This document shows positions 1 to 10,693 of a stretch of 64,000 nucleotides of DNA, piece by piece. Source of the stretch: Euryarchaeota archaeon UBA91 (lineage in GTDB: Archaea; Thermoplasmatota; Poseidoniia; Poseidoniales; Poseidoniaceae); contig DAMU01000077.1 of NCBI GenBank assembly GCA_002499705.1, forward strand, positions 4,951 through 68,950. The letters are read 5' to 3'. Position numbers and translations under genes: made by a program. Each line of letters starts with the position of its first letter. Position 1 is the first letter of the stretch. Under the pieces are notes generated by a model that worked only from the letters and a program-made list of their open reading frames with translations, ran no database searches and was not told where the DNA came from.

Positions 1-3000
1 CGGCACCCACGTTGCAGGTTCAGTGCTCGGCGATGGAACCAACACCGGAGGAGCGATTCGCGGTGCTGCACCTGAAGCTCGCCTTTACATGCAAGCAACA
101 GAACAATACTGCGACAACGACAACGCCTACTACCTCACTGGAATTCCATCCGATTACACATTAATGTTTGAGCCCGCCTGGGACAACGGCAGCCGCGTTC
201 ACACCAATTCGTGGGGGTCAAATGTTGCCGGAGCATACACTTCCGGCTCGATGCAAGCAGATTCCAGCGCCCGAACATACCAAAACATGACCATTCTCTT
301 CTCTGCAGGGAACAACGGAGTCGACGGTAATTCAGACGGAGAAATCGATGATGATTCACTTGGTTCGCCTGCCACTGGAAAAAACGTCATCACTGTAGCA
401 GCCGGTGAAAACGATCGCCCATCAATCACCTCAGAATGGGGTGGATGGTGGCCTTCAGAGTATCCAAGCGATCCAATCAACTCTGACCGAATGGCGAACA
501 ACTCCGAGGGATTGGCTGCCTTTTCCAGCCGAGGGCCTACCGATGATGGACGTCAAAAACCAGACATTACTGCACCAGGCAGTTTCATTCTTTCAACAAA
601 ATCAAGATCCACATCCAGCACCGGATGGGGTGCATACTCCGGCAATTCGAATTACACATTCATGGGTGGGACAAGTATGTCATGCCCGCTCACCGCTGGA
701 GCAGCAGCATTGCTCACTCAACACCTCATCGACAATGAAGGACATTCAAATCCTAACTCGTCGCTGGTCAAGGCTATCTTCACCGCTTCTGCAAGGGATA
801 TGCAAGGGCAATATGGCTCGGCAGCCAACGGTGCTGGAGAGCCTGCACCAAACATGCACGAAGGATGGGGCTTGGTTGACCTTCGCAGTGCAGTCAATGC
901 CACTTGGATTGACGGCGATTCGGTCCAAACGAATGAAGAAAGAGGTTGGAGCTTCATCGTACCGCCGTCATCCCCAGACCTCCGTGTCGCACTCTCTTGG
1001 ACTGATCCAGCCAGCACACCTTCCGCAGGTACAAATCTTGTCAACGACTTGGATTTGGCTGTTAAAGACCCATCAGGCACGTGGACGAATTTATCGAACA
1101 ACCTCGATAATCTGCGAGGACTCAGTTTTGCATCTCCTGCTCAAGGCAGTTGGGAGGTTCATGTCTTAGGAACAAACATTCCGACTGGCCCTCAACATTT
1201 CGCACTTGCACTTAACATCGACACGGATTTAGTCAATTTAACCGAAGACATGGACTTCGATGGAATCGAAGACGACTTTGATGATTGTATAAATGTGGCT
1301 GGGACCTCGAGTGTAGACCGTTCAGGATGTCCTGATACCGACGGTGATGGATATTCAGATCCTGATACGTCTTGGTCAATAGCGAACGGAGCTGATGCCT
1401 TTTTGAATGAACCTACTCAACATTCCGACCAAGATGGCGATGGATACGGTGATAACGCTGCTGGATTAAACCCAGACAGCTGTCTCGCAGTGGTCGGTTC
1501 TTCATCTGGCGACCGATTTGGATGTGCGGACTCTGATATGGACACTTTCTCTGACCCAGACGTACTATGGACTGTATCTCTTGGTGCCGATGGTTGTTCA
1601 AGCGTCTATGGCACTTCTACCAGTGACAGAAACGGTTGTCCTGACCAAGATGGAGACAGTTTCAGCGATCCGGACCCAAGTGGAACAAACGGCTCAGTAT
1701 GGCTTGTTAGTAACGGCGCAGATGCCTTTGTCAGTGACAGCACTCAATGGCTTGATTTTGACACAGATGGTTATGGAGATAATCCGCCTCCTGCATTGAA
1801 CAGCGATGCATGTCCGTTAGTATTGGGTACATCATATGTAGATCGGCTCGGTTGCGTAGATGCCGATGACGACGGATATTCGGATGCAGACTCGCTATGG
1901 CTCGCTCACCCGACTGGATTCGCTGATGCATTCCCGAACGACCCGACCCAATGGCTCGATTCCGACGGAGATGGATACGGAGATAATCAAAGTGGAAATA
2001 ATCCCGACGCCTGTGTAAACGATAATGGAATAGGCGATCGTTCGTACATCGACCGTTTGGGCTGTCCTGACAGTGATGAGGATGGATATTCTGATGCAGA
2101 TATTGGTTGGCCTGCTCACCCGATTGGAACTGCAGATGCATTCCCTATCGATGACACGCAGTGGAACGATACAGATTCAGACAATTATGGTGATAACGCT
2201 ACTGGCTCAAACCCAGACGCCTGTGTAAGTGTCGCAGGAACTTCATCATCTGACCGCAAAGGTTGCCCAGATTCCGATGGAGATTCATATTCGGACCCTG
2301 ACCCGCTTGGGAATAATGGCTCGGTTTACACTGTCGGCGATGGAGCGGACGTATGGCCAAATGAACCTACACAGTGGAGCGATGGTGATGGTGATGGATA
2401 CGGTGATAATCCAATAGGAGTATTCCCAGATAGCTGTGTTCTCGCCAATGGGAACTCATCGGCAGACAGGTATGGATGTCCAGATTCCGATGGTGATGGC
2501 TATTCAGATCCAGACCCAAGCGGAACCAATGGTCCGGTTTGGACAGTGGCTGATGGCGCAGACTTCGCAGCAAATGACCAACTAAGATGGTCCGATTTCG
2601 ATGGTGACACTCATGCTGATCAAATCGATGATGACTGTCCTCTCTATTGGGGAAATTCAACCACTGACAGAATTGGATGCCCTGACACAGACGGAGACGG
2701 AACTTCGGACCCTGATCCAAACTGGACTCCGGTCGGCAACGGATCTGACGCTTTCAAAACCGATCCAACCCAATCAACCGACTCAGATGGTGACGGATAT
2801 GGAGACAATCCCGTTGGAAACCTAGCCGACGATTGTCCGAATGTATACGGCGAATCATGGGCGAATAACACCTTTGGTTGTGTCGATACTGACAGTGATG
2901 GTTGGGCAGACCTCGAAGACGCTTTCATCAATGACTATAGCCAATGGTTCGATTCTGATGGTGATGGATTTGGTGATAATTCAGGCGGCACTACCCCTGA

Positions 3001-4708
3001 TGCCTGCCCATACAACTTTGGAAATTCGACGAAAGGTAACCAAATGGGATGCCCAGATTCAGATGGCGATGGATGGGACGATGTCCTTGACCAATTGCCA
3101 GATCTTGCTCATCAATGGCTTGACCAAGATGGCGATGGATACGGCGATAATGCTTCAGGCCCCCTACCTGATGCATGTCCCGGTGTTCCAGGAAACTCAA
3201 CCATTGATCGATACGGATGTGTCGATGATGATGGGGACGGAATGTCAAATGAAAGTGATTCTTTCCCAAACGACCCTACTCGCAGCCAAGATACCGACGG
3301 TGACGGATTTGATGATCTTGAGGATGACTGCTTCCAAGTGGCTGGAAATTCTACGATAGATAGAACAGCTTGTCCTGACACCGATGGCGACGGATATTCT
3401 GATCCTACATTACCGATTGGAGATGCACCCGGATACAACAGTTCGGACGGCGCAGATGCTTTGCCTCTTAACCCAACACAATGGGCTGACAGCGACGGTG
3501 ATGGATACGGGGATAACGCCTCTGGAACCCTACCTGATGCATGCCCTTCACAAGAAGGATACTCCAATGTTGGCGCCTACGGATGCCCTGACAGCGATAA
3601 CGATGGAACCTCTGAAAGTTATGATGCATTCCCTGATGAACCAACTCAGTGGTCCGACATTGATGGTGATGGATTTGGGGATAATCCAAATGGAACGCAA
3701 CCGGATAACTGTAGTTTAAACATCGGAACATCGTTCATTGATGTTTTTGGATGTCCCGATGCTGATGGCGATGGAGCAAGCGACATCAATGATTTATGGG
3801 TCAATGATTCAACTCAATGGTTTGATTCAGATGGTGATGGATATGGCGATAATGCAGATGGGGTCGATGGTGATGTTTGTCCAAATGAGTTCGGAACTGC
3901 AGATTTAGGCATTGCACAAGGATGTGTGGATAGCGATGCAGATGGCTATGCTGACTCCGATGATGCATTCCCGAATGAGCCAACCCAATGGGTGGATGTT
4001 GACGGTGATGGATACGGTGATAACAATACGCCAGGCGCTTCACGACCTGATCATTGGGTTGATGACCCAATGCGAAATGTGGCAGAATCCAGTATTTCCT
4101 GCACGCCAGAAAACATGGAACTCGACCTCGCTGGAGAAGATTACTTCTCCTTCAGCTGCAGAGTTGACAGTGAATTGTCTGGGGTCACCCTCCGAGTCGA
4201 ATGGCAGCCAGTTTCTTCGATTATTGCTGCAACATCAGTCCATGTTTTGACCTTCCCTGATGGAGAAGGATTGACGCAAAATGTAAGGTTTGATGGAGAA
4301 GGCAGAAGCAATGGAAACTTCCAGATGTATGTCACCGTAAGGGAACCCGGTGTTGAATTTGCAATGTCTTCGGACACAGTCAATCTTGTCGTGTTTGATT
4401 CTCGAATCGTTGATGAAAATGATTTGATTTCCGACCAATCCAGCACGCTGAACAACATGTTAGAGATGCCGATAATTCAAGCCATGATTGGAGGATTAGT
4501 ACTCTTTTTCTTGATGGGAATGCTGATTATTCGTGGGAATGCTTCGAAAGCTCGACTTGCAGATGAGCGTACTGAACACGCTCGTGAAATTATTGCCGCT
4601 CGTTTAGCGCGATTAAATAATCCACAACCACCTCAGTTACGCCAAGCATTTGGCGTAGATGGAAGAGTGCCTCCACCTCCTCCTCCACCTCGCCCACCTG
4701 TGCCGTGA
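1..4708 (+). CDS. Membrane-anchored S8 (subtilisin/KP-43-like) serine protease with long thrombospondin type-3-like Ca-binding repeat stalk; 5'-truncated by the window edge
   Basis: Frame from position 2 reads GTHVAGSVLGDG (catalytic His motif); SAGNNG oxyanion Asn; GTSMSCP catalytic Ser; LSWTDP..NDLDL C-terminal beta domain; many DxDGDGYGDN/GCPDxDGDG repeats; C-terminal TM (IIQAMIGGLVLFFLMGMLII) and poly-Pro tail. Confidence 0.93.
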   Translation, partial: GTHVAGSVLGDGTNTGGAIRGAAPEARLYMQATEQYCDNDNAYYLTGIPSDYTLMFEPAWDNGSRVHTNSWGSNVAGAYTSGSMQADSSARTYQNMTILFSAGNNGVDGNSDGEIDDDSLGSPATGKNVITVAAGENDRPSITSEWGGWWPSEYPSDPINSDRMANNSEGLAAFSSRGPTDDGRQKPDITAPGSFILSTKSRSTSSTGWGAYSGNSNYTFMGGTSMSCPLTAGAAALLTQHLIDNEGHSNPNSSLVKAIFTASARDMQGQYGSAANGAGEPAPNMHEGWGLVDLRSAVNATWIDGDSVQTNEERGWSFIVPPSSPDLRVALSWTDPASTPSAGTNLVNDLDLAVKDPSGTWTNLSNNLDNLRGLSFASPAQGSWEVHVLGTNIPTGPQHFALALNIDTDLVNLTEDMDFDGIEDDFDDCINVAGTSSVDRSGCPDTDGDGYSDPDTSWSIANGADAFLNEPTQHSDQDGDGYGDNAAGLNPDSCLAVVGSSSGDRFGCADSDMDTFSDPDVLWTVSLGADGCSSVYGTSTSDRNGCPDQDGDSFSDPDPSGTNGSVWLVSNGADAFVSDSTQWLDFDTDGYGDNPPPALNSDACPLVLGTSYVDRLGCVDADDDGYSDADSLWLAHPTGFADAFPNDPTQWLDSDGDGYGDNQSGNNPDACVNDNGIGDRSYIDRLGCPDSDEDGYSDADIGWPAHPIGTADAFPIDDTQWNDTDSDNYGDNATGSNPDACVSVAGTSSSDRKGCPDSDGDSYSDPDPLGNNGSVYTVGDGADVWPNEPTQWSDGDGDGYGDNPIGVFPDSCVLANGNSSADRYGCPDSDGDGYSDPDPSGTNGPVWTVADGADFAANDQLRWSDFDGDTHADQIDDDCPLYWGNSTTDRIGCPDTDGDGTSDPDPNWTPVGNGSDAFKTDPTQSTDSDGDGYGDNPVGNLADDCPNVYGESWANNTFGCVDTDSDGWADLEDAFINDYSQWFDSDGDGFGDNSGGTTPDACPYNFGNSTKGNQMGCPDSDGDGWDDVLDQLPDLAHQWLDQDGDGYGDNASGPLPDACPGVPGNSTIDRYGCVDDDGDGMSNESDSFPNDPTRSQDTDGDGFDDLEDDCFQVAGNSTIDRTACPDTDGDGYSDPTLPIGDAPGYNSSDGADALPLNPTQWADSDGDGYGDNASGTLPDACPSQEGYSNVGAYGCPDSDNDGTSESYDAFPDEPTQWSDIDGDGFGDNPNGTQPDNCSLNIGTSFIDVFGCPDADGDGASDINDLWVNDSTQWFDSDGDGYGDNADGVDGDVCPNEFGTADLGIAQGCVDSDADGYADSDDAFPNEPTQWVDVDGDGYGDNNTPGASRPDHWVDDPMRNVAESSISCTPENMELDLAGEDYFSFSCRVDSELSGVTLRVEWQPVSSIIAATSVHVLTFPDGEGLTQNVRFDGEGRSNGNFQMYVTVREPGVEFAMSSDTVNLVVFDSRIVDENDLISDQSSTLNNMLEMPIIQAMIGGLVLFFLMGMLIIRGNASKARLADERTEHAREIIAARLARLNNPQPPQLRQAFGVDGRVPPPPPPPRPPVP
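1246..4070 (+). repeat. Intragenic array of TSP3-like Asp-rich repeats (QWxDxDGDGYGDN...PDACP...GCPDxDGDGYSD)
   Basis: Recurring motif visible in the translation; degenerate at DNA level; boundaries approximate. Confidence 0.85.
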
Positions 4709-4772
4709 ATTGGTAATTGAAAGACCGATTCACTCAAAGAGGAGAGGTTGCTCGGACAAATATTCACATCAT

Positions 4773-4843
4773 GCGGATATGGTGTAGTGGTAACATAGGA
4801 GGTTTCCAACCTCTTGTCGTGGGTTCGACTCCCGCTATCCGCA
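4773..4843 (+). tRNA. tRNA-Gly (anticodon TCC)
   Basis: Acceptor GCGGATA/TATCCGC, D-arm GTGT/ACAT, anticodon stem GGAGG/CCTCT with loop TTTCCAA, T-arm GTGGG-TTCGACT-CCCGC, discriminator A. Confidence 0.96.
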
Positions 4844-4916
4844 CCTTGATGCATGTGCTTTGCTCGACTTATGCGGTGAACAAAACCCTCATGGCTATTC
4901 CATCATTGGAAAGCAT

Positions 4917-6893
4917 GTGTGGACTGAAGAACACCGCCAGTGGGATACTGTTGATTACAGTTCACTGAAAGACGGGAGTGCATTTCCCAAAGAGTTCATG
5001 TGGGGCGTAGCTACTGCTTCACACCAAATTGAGGGAGGGAATACAAACAATTGGTCTGCCTTTGAGCCTCGTTCTAAAAGTCAGCAATTAAGCGGTGATG
5101 CTTGCGACCATTGGAATCGGAGAGAAGAAGATGTTACACTCATCAAAGAACTCGGAGTGTCACATTACAGATTTTCAATAGAATGGTCAAGAATCGAACC
5201 TCAGGAAGGGCATTACGATTCTAAAGCGATCCAGTGGTATTCCGATTTGGTCGATGAATTGTTGATTCAAGGCATCCAACCAATGGCGACTTTACACCAC
5301 TTCACTCAACCCCTGTGGTGGGATGAACGTGGAGGTTTTGAAAAGGAAGAAAACATCACCGGATGGGTCAACTTTTGTTCTATGATGTTTGAACACCTTA
5401 GTGACCGTGTAGAATGGTGGTGCACAATCAATGAACCAGCGGTCTATGCGACGATGGGGTATGTCTTGGGAGAGTTCCCACCCGGTGTTCGCTCGTTCAA
5501 ACGAGTTCGAAAGGTGTCACTCAACTTAATGCGTGCTCACGCACGCTGCTACCGTACACTCAAAGCAATGAAAAATGGAGATAAATGTCAAATTGGATTG
5601 GTAAAAAACATCAATATTTTCGATCCTTATCGCCGTTGGAATCCCCTTCATTGGATGCAGGCGAAAATTCTTGATGGTATGTTCAATCAATGCTGGTTAA
5701 AAGCGCTGAGAACAGGAAAATTCAAACCACCGTCCGCCCTCTTTTCAAAGCGAATTGAAGGACTCCGAGGCAGCAGTGATTTCATTGGTGTGAATTATTA
5801 TACCCATTTGTTGACCACGCCATTCATGCCAACAAAAGTGGAGATTGACCCACTTATTCGACCGTGGGAGCAGAGAACGGATTTCCGATACCCGATGTAT
5901 GCAGAAGGACTCCGAAGGGCTTTTGACATGGTCACCAATCTCAAAATCCCTATTCTGGTTACTGAAAATGGAGTTGCAGATGATGACGATGATATGCGCC
6001 CTGAACATATTCGCAGACATCTTCTCATTACGTCTGAAGCCATTGCAGACGGAATAGATGTGCGAGGATTTTACCACTGGAGTTTAATGGATAATTTTGA
6101 ATGGGCAGAAGGCTATGACCAAAGATTTGGGTTATATCATGTGGAATTTGAGACACAAAAGAGAACCCTCAAAGAAAGCGGCCACGAATATGCTGCGATT
6201 GTGAAAGCGCATACAACCCCTCAACTTGTGATTATGGCAGGAGGATTAGGCACCCGTTTAGGAGAAATGTCTGAAAAAACGCCCAAATCATTGATTGAAG
6301 TGAACGGGAAACCGATGCTTCACCACATTCTTGATTGGGCAAAGACACAAGGATGCATGAACGCTCTAGTGCTCACAGGCCACCTTGGTGAACAGTTTGA
6401 AGGAATTACACACCCTGGAATGGCACTGACTTTCCATCAAGAAAAGGAGCCACTTGGAACCGGAGGTGCACTGTGGAATGCAAAGGAATTACTTGAGCAA
6501 CGGTTTCTTCTTGTGTGGGGTGATGACTGGCATCCGATTGAGTACAAACCGTTGATTGAACTTCATCACTCTGCAGACGCACCCCTCACAATGACCGTTA
6601 CTCAGGCACATGATTCCAAGAACCTTAGGCATGAGAATGGACGACTAATGCTGTATGACAAACACTCAGAATCATCTGAGACACTGAATGGATATGAGGC
6701 AGGAACAAGTATTGTTGAGAAATCGACCGTCCTCAAATACGGACACAGTGGCAAATGGAGCTGGGAAGAAACGGTGTACAGTGCACTCTCTGGCGAAGCT
6801 GCAGTGCATTTGGATGACACGGCTTTTTGGGACATGGGCACGCCTGAACGACTTGCCTTATTCGAGAAATTCCTCAAGGATACTTCCGTGTGA
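4917..6893 (+). CDS. Glycoside hydrolase family 1 fused to a C-terminal sugar-phosphate nucleotidyltransferase domain
   Basis: FMWGVATASHQIEG, YRFSIEWSRI, TINEP (acid/base), VTENG (nucleophile), DNFEWAEG; then IMAGGLGTRLG..PKSLIEVNGKP, EPLGTGGAL, WDMGTPE in the same frame; GTG start at 4917 is an estimate. Confidence 0.9.
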   Translation: MWTEEHRQWDTVDYSSLKDGSAFPKEFMWGVATASHQIEGGNTNNWSAFEPRSKSQQLSGDACDHWNRREEDVTLIKELGVSHYRFSIEWSRIEPQEGHYDSKAIQWYSDLVDELLIQGIQPMATLHHFTQPLWWDERGGFEKEENITGWVNFCSMMFEHLSDRVEWWCTINEPAVYATMGYVLGEFPPGVRSFKRVRKVSLNLMRAHARCYRTLKAMKNGDKCQIGLVKNINIFDPYRRWNPLHWMQAKILDGMFNQCWLKALRTGKFKPPSALFSKRIEGLRGSSDFIGVNYYTHLLTTPFMPTKVEIDPLIRPWEQRTDFRYPMYAEGLRRAFDMVTNLKIPILVTENGVADDDDDMRPEHIRRHLLITSEAIADGIDVRGFYHWSLMDNFEWAEGYDQRFGLYHVEFETQKRTLKESGHEYAAIVKAHTTPQLVIMAGGLGTRLGEMSEKTPKSLIEVNGKPMLHHILDWAKTQGCMNALVLTGHLGEQFEGITHPGMALTFHQEKEPLGTGGALWNAKELLEQRFLLVWGDDWHPIEYKPLIELHHSADAPLTMTVTQAHDSKNLRHENGRLMLYDKHSESSETLNGYEAGTSIVEKSTVLKYGHSGKWSWEETVYSALSGEAAVHLDDTAFWDMGTPERLALFEKFLKDTSV

Positions 6894-7688
6894 AGCACGA
6901 TATACTGGGTAATTTGGTAGCACTTGAGCGTGTTCAACCAAGACCAGAATCATGCCGCCATAACCGCCGCCCATCATGCGCGCACCGTAGACACCGTCGG
7001 TTTGCTGTAACTTCTTCACCTGCTCATCGACATCAGGGTGACTGACGCCCAAAGATTTCAATGAAGCGTGTGAGGCATTGAGAAGGACTCCAAGGTCAGG
7101 AGCCGAGGCGCCTAAAGATGAACGTACACGCTTATTTTCGGAGTTAATGTGTGCAAGGCGGACCTTTTGATCAGCAGAACCTTGGTATGTTTGACTGAGT
7201 TGACGGTGAACTCCGGAATCAACCAATTTGAACATCCATGAAGAAGGAAGTTCAATTGATTCTGTGGAATGATTTGAAAAATCAATCATGGTAGCAAATC
7301 CTTCTTTTGCGTACATCATAGCCATCTGGTCCAGGAGTCCACAAGGTGTTTTCAATACTTCATGCTCGATTCGCTGGGCTTCTTTACACGCCTCTTGAGC
7401 ATCCATGGCACCGTTTACACCCAAGACAACTGCAAGGCATAAAGCAGCAGATGAAGACATTCCAACTCCGATTGGAATTTTACTTTCGACCGACAAGCGT
7501 GCCGGCCATCCACCTGCAGAACGCCACAATTCCACAACGGTAGAATCTCCTTCGTAGCCATCTTCCAGTGCATAAGCATCCAATGTCAACCGTAAATTGA
7601 CGGCAAAAGGAAGGGCGAGCCCTCCCGCATAATCTGTATGCTCACCGAGAATGTTGATTCGTGCAGGAAGTGATGCACGGCGATGCAT
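6858..7688 (-). CDS. galK: Galactokinase-like GHMP kinase (short form)
   Basis: RINILGEHTDY galactokinase signature, PIGVGMSSSAA ATP loop, CGLLDQ, GARMMGGGYGG. Confidence 0.8.
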   Translation of the reverse strand: MHRRASLPARINILGEHTDYAGGLALPFAVNLRLTLDAYALEDGYEGDSTVVELWRSAGGWPARLSVESKIPIGVGMSSSAALCLAVVLGVNGAMDAQEACKEAQRIEHEVLKTPCGLLDQMAMMYAKEGFATMIDFSNHSTESIELPSSWMFKLVDSGVHRQLSQTYQGSADQKVRLAHINSENKRVRSSLGASAPDLGVLLNASHASLKSLGVSHPDVDEQVKKLQQTDGVYGARMMGGGYGGMILVLVEHAQVLPNYPVYRASHGSILEEFLE

Positions 7689-7710
7689 AGTTTCGCCTCA
7701 GTGCTACGCT

Positions 7711-9204
7711 TCAACCATTGGTAATGAGGTGATACATAGTACGGACGTGAATTCCAGTGGCACCGTTTCCAACCATTGAGTTGGTCTTTGCGCCCCAGTA
7801 GGTTCCGGCTATGTCCATGTGAGCCCAGGTGATTTGTTCACCGTCTTTCTCATAATTTCGATTTGGAACAAATTGCTTCAAGAATGCGGCTGCAGTGTTT
7901 GCTCCGCCGTATCGTCCAGCGCCAAGGTTTCGTGTGTCTGCAATTTTCGAATTGGTCATTTCCTTCTCGAAAGCAGGAAGGAGCGGCATTGGCCAAGCCA
8001 ATTCACCCACAGCGTTTCCTGCTTCGTGAATTCGTGTTCGGAAATCATCATCATTGGACCAAAGTCCAGTTGCTTCGTGGCCAAGAGCCACAACACAAGC
8101 CCCAGTTAGGGTTGCAAAATCGATGATGTATTCTGGATCAAACTCTCCAGCTTTCCACAATCCGTCAGAGAGGACCAATCGTCCTTCAGCATCGGTGTTC
8201 AAGATTTCAATGGTCTTTCCAGACAATGTTGTGATGACGTCGCCAGGTCGTTGCGCATTGGATGATGGCATGTTTTCAGCCATGCAGGTTATCGCTACAA
8301 CTTTGCCTTTATGTCCAGTAGATGCGAGAGCTTGCATTGTTCCAAAAACAGTTGCTGAGCCACCCATATCATACTTCATTTCATCCATGTTTGCACCAGG
8401 CTTGAGCGAGATTCCACCAGTGTCAAAGGTAATTCCTTTTCCAACAAGCATTGGACATCGACCGGATTCCTCACTGTTCATTTCAAAGATGACCATGCAT
8501 GGTTTTCGAGCAGAACCCATTCCAACTGCAACCAATCCACCCATACCAGCCTTCTTGGCTTGGTCATAATTGATGATGGTTACATTGACGTTATCGTATT
8601 GTTTTGCCCATTCCCATGCTTGGTCTGCAAATGCTTCAGGATACATATCGTTTGGAGGGCAATTGCCGAGGTCACGCGAAAGGTGAACTCCAGAGGCAAC
8701 GCCAGCGTGGATTTTGGTAAGTGCTGCGAGGGCATCTTCTTGACCCTCATCACAGGTAATTCGAACATCGAGTTCAGCCTCTTCGTCTTCATCATCTTGC
8801 ATTTTATAATTGTCGTAAGAATAATCTCGCAAGAGCATTCCTTCTGCAAATGCACCCATAGCCTCAACAGATGTTGCGCTGAATCGAACAGTCAAATCTG
8901 TGCCATGAGCTTTCTTTCGGTTTGCAATTACTGCTGCACCGGCTTTGCGGTAAGCATGAACGTCTACGTCGTCTTCTTTACCAAGACCGACAAGCATCGC
9001 TTTGCCACCTTCACTGCCGATGATTGACATTGTCGTCTTGTTTTTGGCTTTGAAGTCGCCTTCGGAAAGAATTCGGTTGATTTGGCCCTTTAATGCTGTG
9101 TGGAGGCCTTCTTGGAGAGATTCTGGAACTCCTTCTGAGCCTTCAAAAAGGGGCAAAATGAGGGTTCCGTTGATGTTGTGGCCGGGGCTTACGCTTACTT
9201 TCAT
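7711..9204 (-). CDS. pepA: Leucyl aminopeptidase (M17)
   Basis: GKGITFDTGGISLK, MKYDMGG, NTDAEGRLVL, ATLTGA, AHMDIAG. Confidence 0.95.
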   Translation of the reverse strand: MKVSVSPGHNINGTLILPLFEGSEGVPESLQEGLHTALKGQINRILSEGDFKAKNKTTMSIIGSEGGKAMLVGLGKEDDVDVHAYRKAGAAVIANRKKAHGTDLTVRFSATSVEAMGAFAEGMLLRDYSYDNYKMQDDEDEEAELDVRITCDEGQEDALAALTKIHAGVASGVHLSRDLGNCPPNDMYPEAFADQAWEWAKQYDNVNVTIINYDQAKKAGMGGLVAVGMGSARKPCMVIFEMNSEESGRCPMLVGKGITFDTGGISLKPGANMDEMKYDMGGSATVFGTMQALASTGHKGKVVAITCMAENMPSSNAQRPGDVITTLSGKTIEILNTDAEGRLVLSDGLWKAGEFDPEYIIDFATLTGACVVALGHEATGLWSNDDDFRTRIHEAGNAVGELAWPMPLLPAFEKEMTNSKIADTRNLGAGRYGGANTAAAFLKQFVPNRNYEKDGEQITWAHMDIAGTYWGAKTNSMVGNGATGIHVRTMYHLITNG

Positions 9205-9239
9205 GAGTTCACCTATACTTGCGTAGGCTGTTCGGCATT

Positions 9240-10652
9240 TCAATTCTCGCTTGCGTCATTCCGTTCATTGCCTTCGTCTTGTTCAGATTTTCGGCGGGAT
9301 TCAGCCTCATTAGCAAAAGCAGCGACTCCAATCACTGCTGCAAGTACTGAAATCGGATTGAACAGTCCGTATCCAATGAGGAAACGGTCTTGCTCAGTCT
9401 CGATATACGTTGCACTAATATTGACCGTTTCATTGACCCATGTTGCAGCGTTAATGACGCGCTTTTGATAGTTGAGGTTCCACATTCCATCTTCGGCAAA
9501 CATGCCCGGATTGACTGAGAAAGACACAACCGAACTGTTTGTAGCGTTCACTGAGAAGAAAGGTGAGATCCATGCCACTTCACCACTTTCGCCGATGTAT
9601 TCGAGAGTGGCGTTTGCAGTGGAGGCCATTCCATGGTTCACAACATCCAATGTCAGTGTATCATCATCAATTGTTATCGATTGCACATCAAGGCGAGCAC
9701 GCCAATACCATACATTGTTGATGAGGTATTTCATAACATCCATCTCCTCCCCTAATCGTTCATTGAGAGCCTCAACTGAACCGGGGACAAATTGCTCGTC
9801 ATCGGTTTCAAAGGTGAAGGTAGGGAAACCCATAACGCCGTAACCATAGTCTCTACTTGTTCCACAGTTTGGATACAATCCTTGATTTGCATTTTGAATT
9901 GGGATCTCTGAAATTCCGCCATTTACGTCATCTCGAATGCTGTGAAACAATTCCCAATCAGGAGGCTGTTCTGGCCACTTACCCCATGGGTAAAGAATAA
10001 TCCAGACACCCGTGTGCATGGTGACGTAAAGGTCAGCATCTGGAACAACGGTATTCATGTAAACCGAGTTGGCAAGGGTTTCAGGCTCACTAAAAGCAGA
10101 TGTCCCAGGTTGAGTTGTGGGGCACGAATTCCAATAGTGGTCGTAATTTCGATTCAAATCAACCTGTCCGAGGTTCCATCGAGTATCAATATCATTGCCA
10201 TCTGGATTCAGCATGATCAGAACGTGAACCTCCGAATTTTGTAGAACCTGAATTGCTTCTTCATTACCCTCAATCCAGCCGTCGATGTAATATTTGGCAG
10301 ATAACCATGCCAATGCGGTTCCAAGATACTCGTTGCCATGATGGCCGCCATCGATGTAGATGATTTCTTTTGAACTTCCATTGGGCTTGAATTCCGTGGA
10401 CCAATCAGATAATTGAACAACCCACAGACTCTTGCCTGCTCGGGATTTTCCAACATCCTCTAATTTGACAATGTCGGGATTTTCATCTGCCCATTCATTG
10501 ACTTCCAACGTCATTGCTGCCCAAGTCATGTGCACGTGGTTATCGATAGGATCGCCAGGCCACGCCTCGCCTTGAGCGTCTTCTGCTTGAGCACTGGTAA
10601 GGGGGACAAGCGGAAGAAGCAGGCACAAGGTGAGGAAAATTGCTGCTCGCAT
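9240..10652 (-). CDS. Secreted/membrane-anchored M14 zinc carboxypeptidase
   Basis: Signal peptide MRAAIFLTLCLLL..AQA; GGHHGNE (HxxE), LNPDG, DLNRNY, SEPET, YVTMH, FTFET; C-terminal TM. Confidence 0.88.
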   Translation of the reverse strand: MRAAIFLTLCLLLPLVPLTSAQAEDAQGEAWPGDPIDNHVHMTWAAMTLEVNEWADENPDIVKLEDVGKSRAGKSLWVVQLSDWSTEFKPNGSSKEIIYIDGGHHGNEYLGTALAWLSAKYYIDGWIEGNEEAIQVLQNSEVHVLIMLNPDGNDIDTRWNLGQVDLNRNYDHYWNSCPTTQPGTSAFSEPETLANSVYMNTVVPDADLYVTMHTGVWIILYPWGKWPEQPPDWELFHSIRDDVNGGISEIPIQNANQGLYPNCGTSRDYGYGVMGFPTFTFETDDEQFVPGSVEALNERLGEEMDVMKYLINNVWYWRARLDVQSITIDDDTLTLDVVNHGMASTANATLEYIGESGEVAWISPFFSVNATNSSVVSFSVNPGMFAEDGMWNLNYQKRVINAATWVNETVNISATYIETEQDRFLIGYGLFNPISVLAAVIGVAAFANEAESRRKSEQDEGNERNDASEN

Positions 10653-10693
10653 GGCTGGCGCTAGCAAGCAAGAATCAAAAACGCTTGGGTGCG

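Noticed and set aside
1246..4070. CRISPR array or DNA tandem repeat
   Set aside because: Repeats are conserved at protein level with synonymous variation inside one ORF; no identical repeats with spacers and no cas genes
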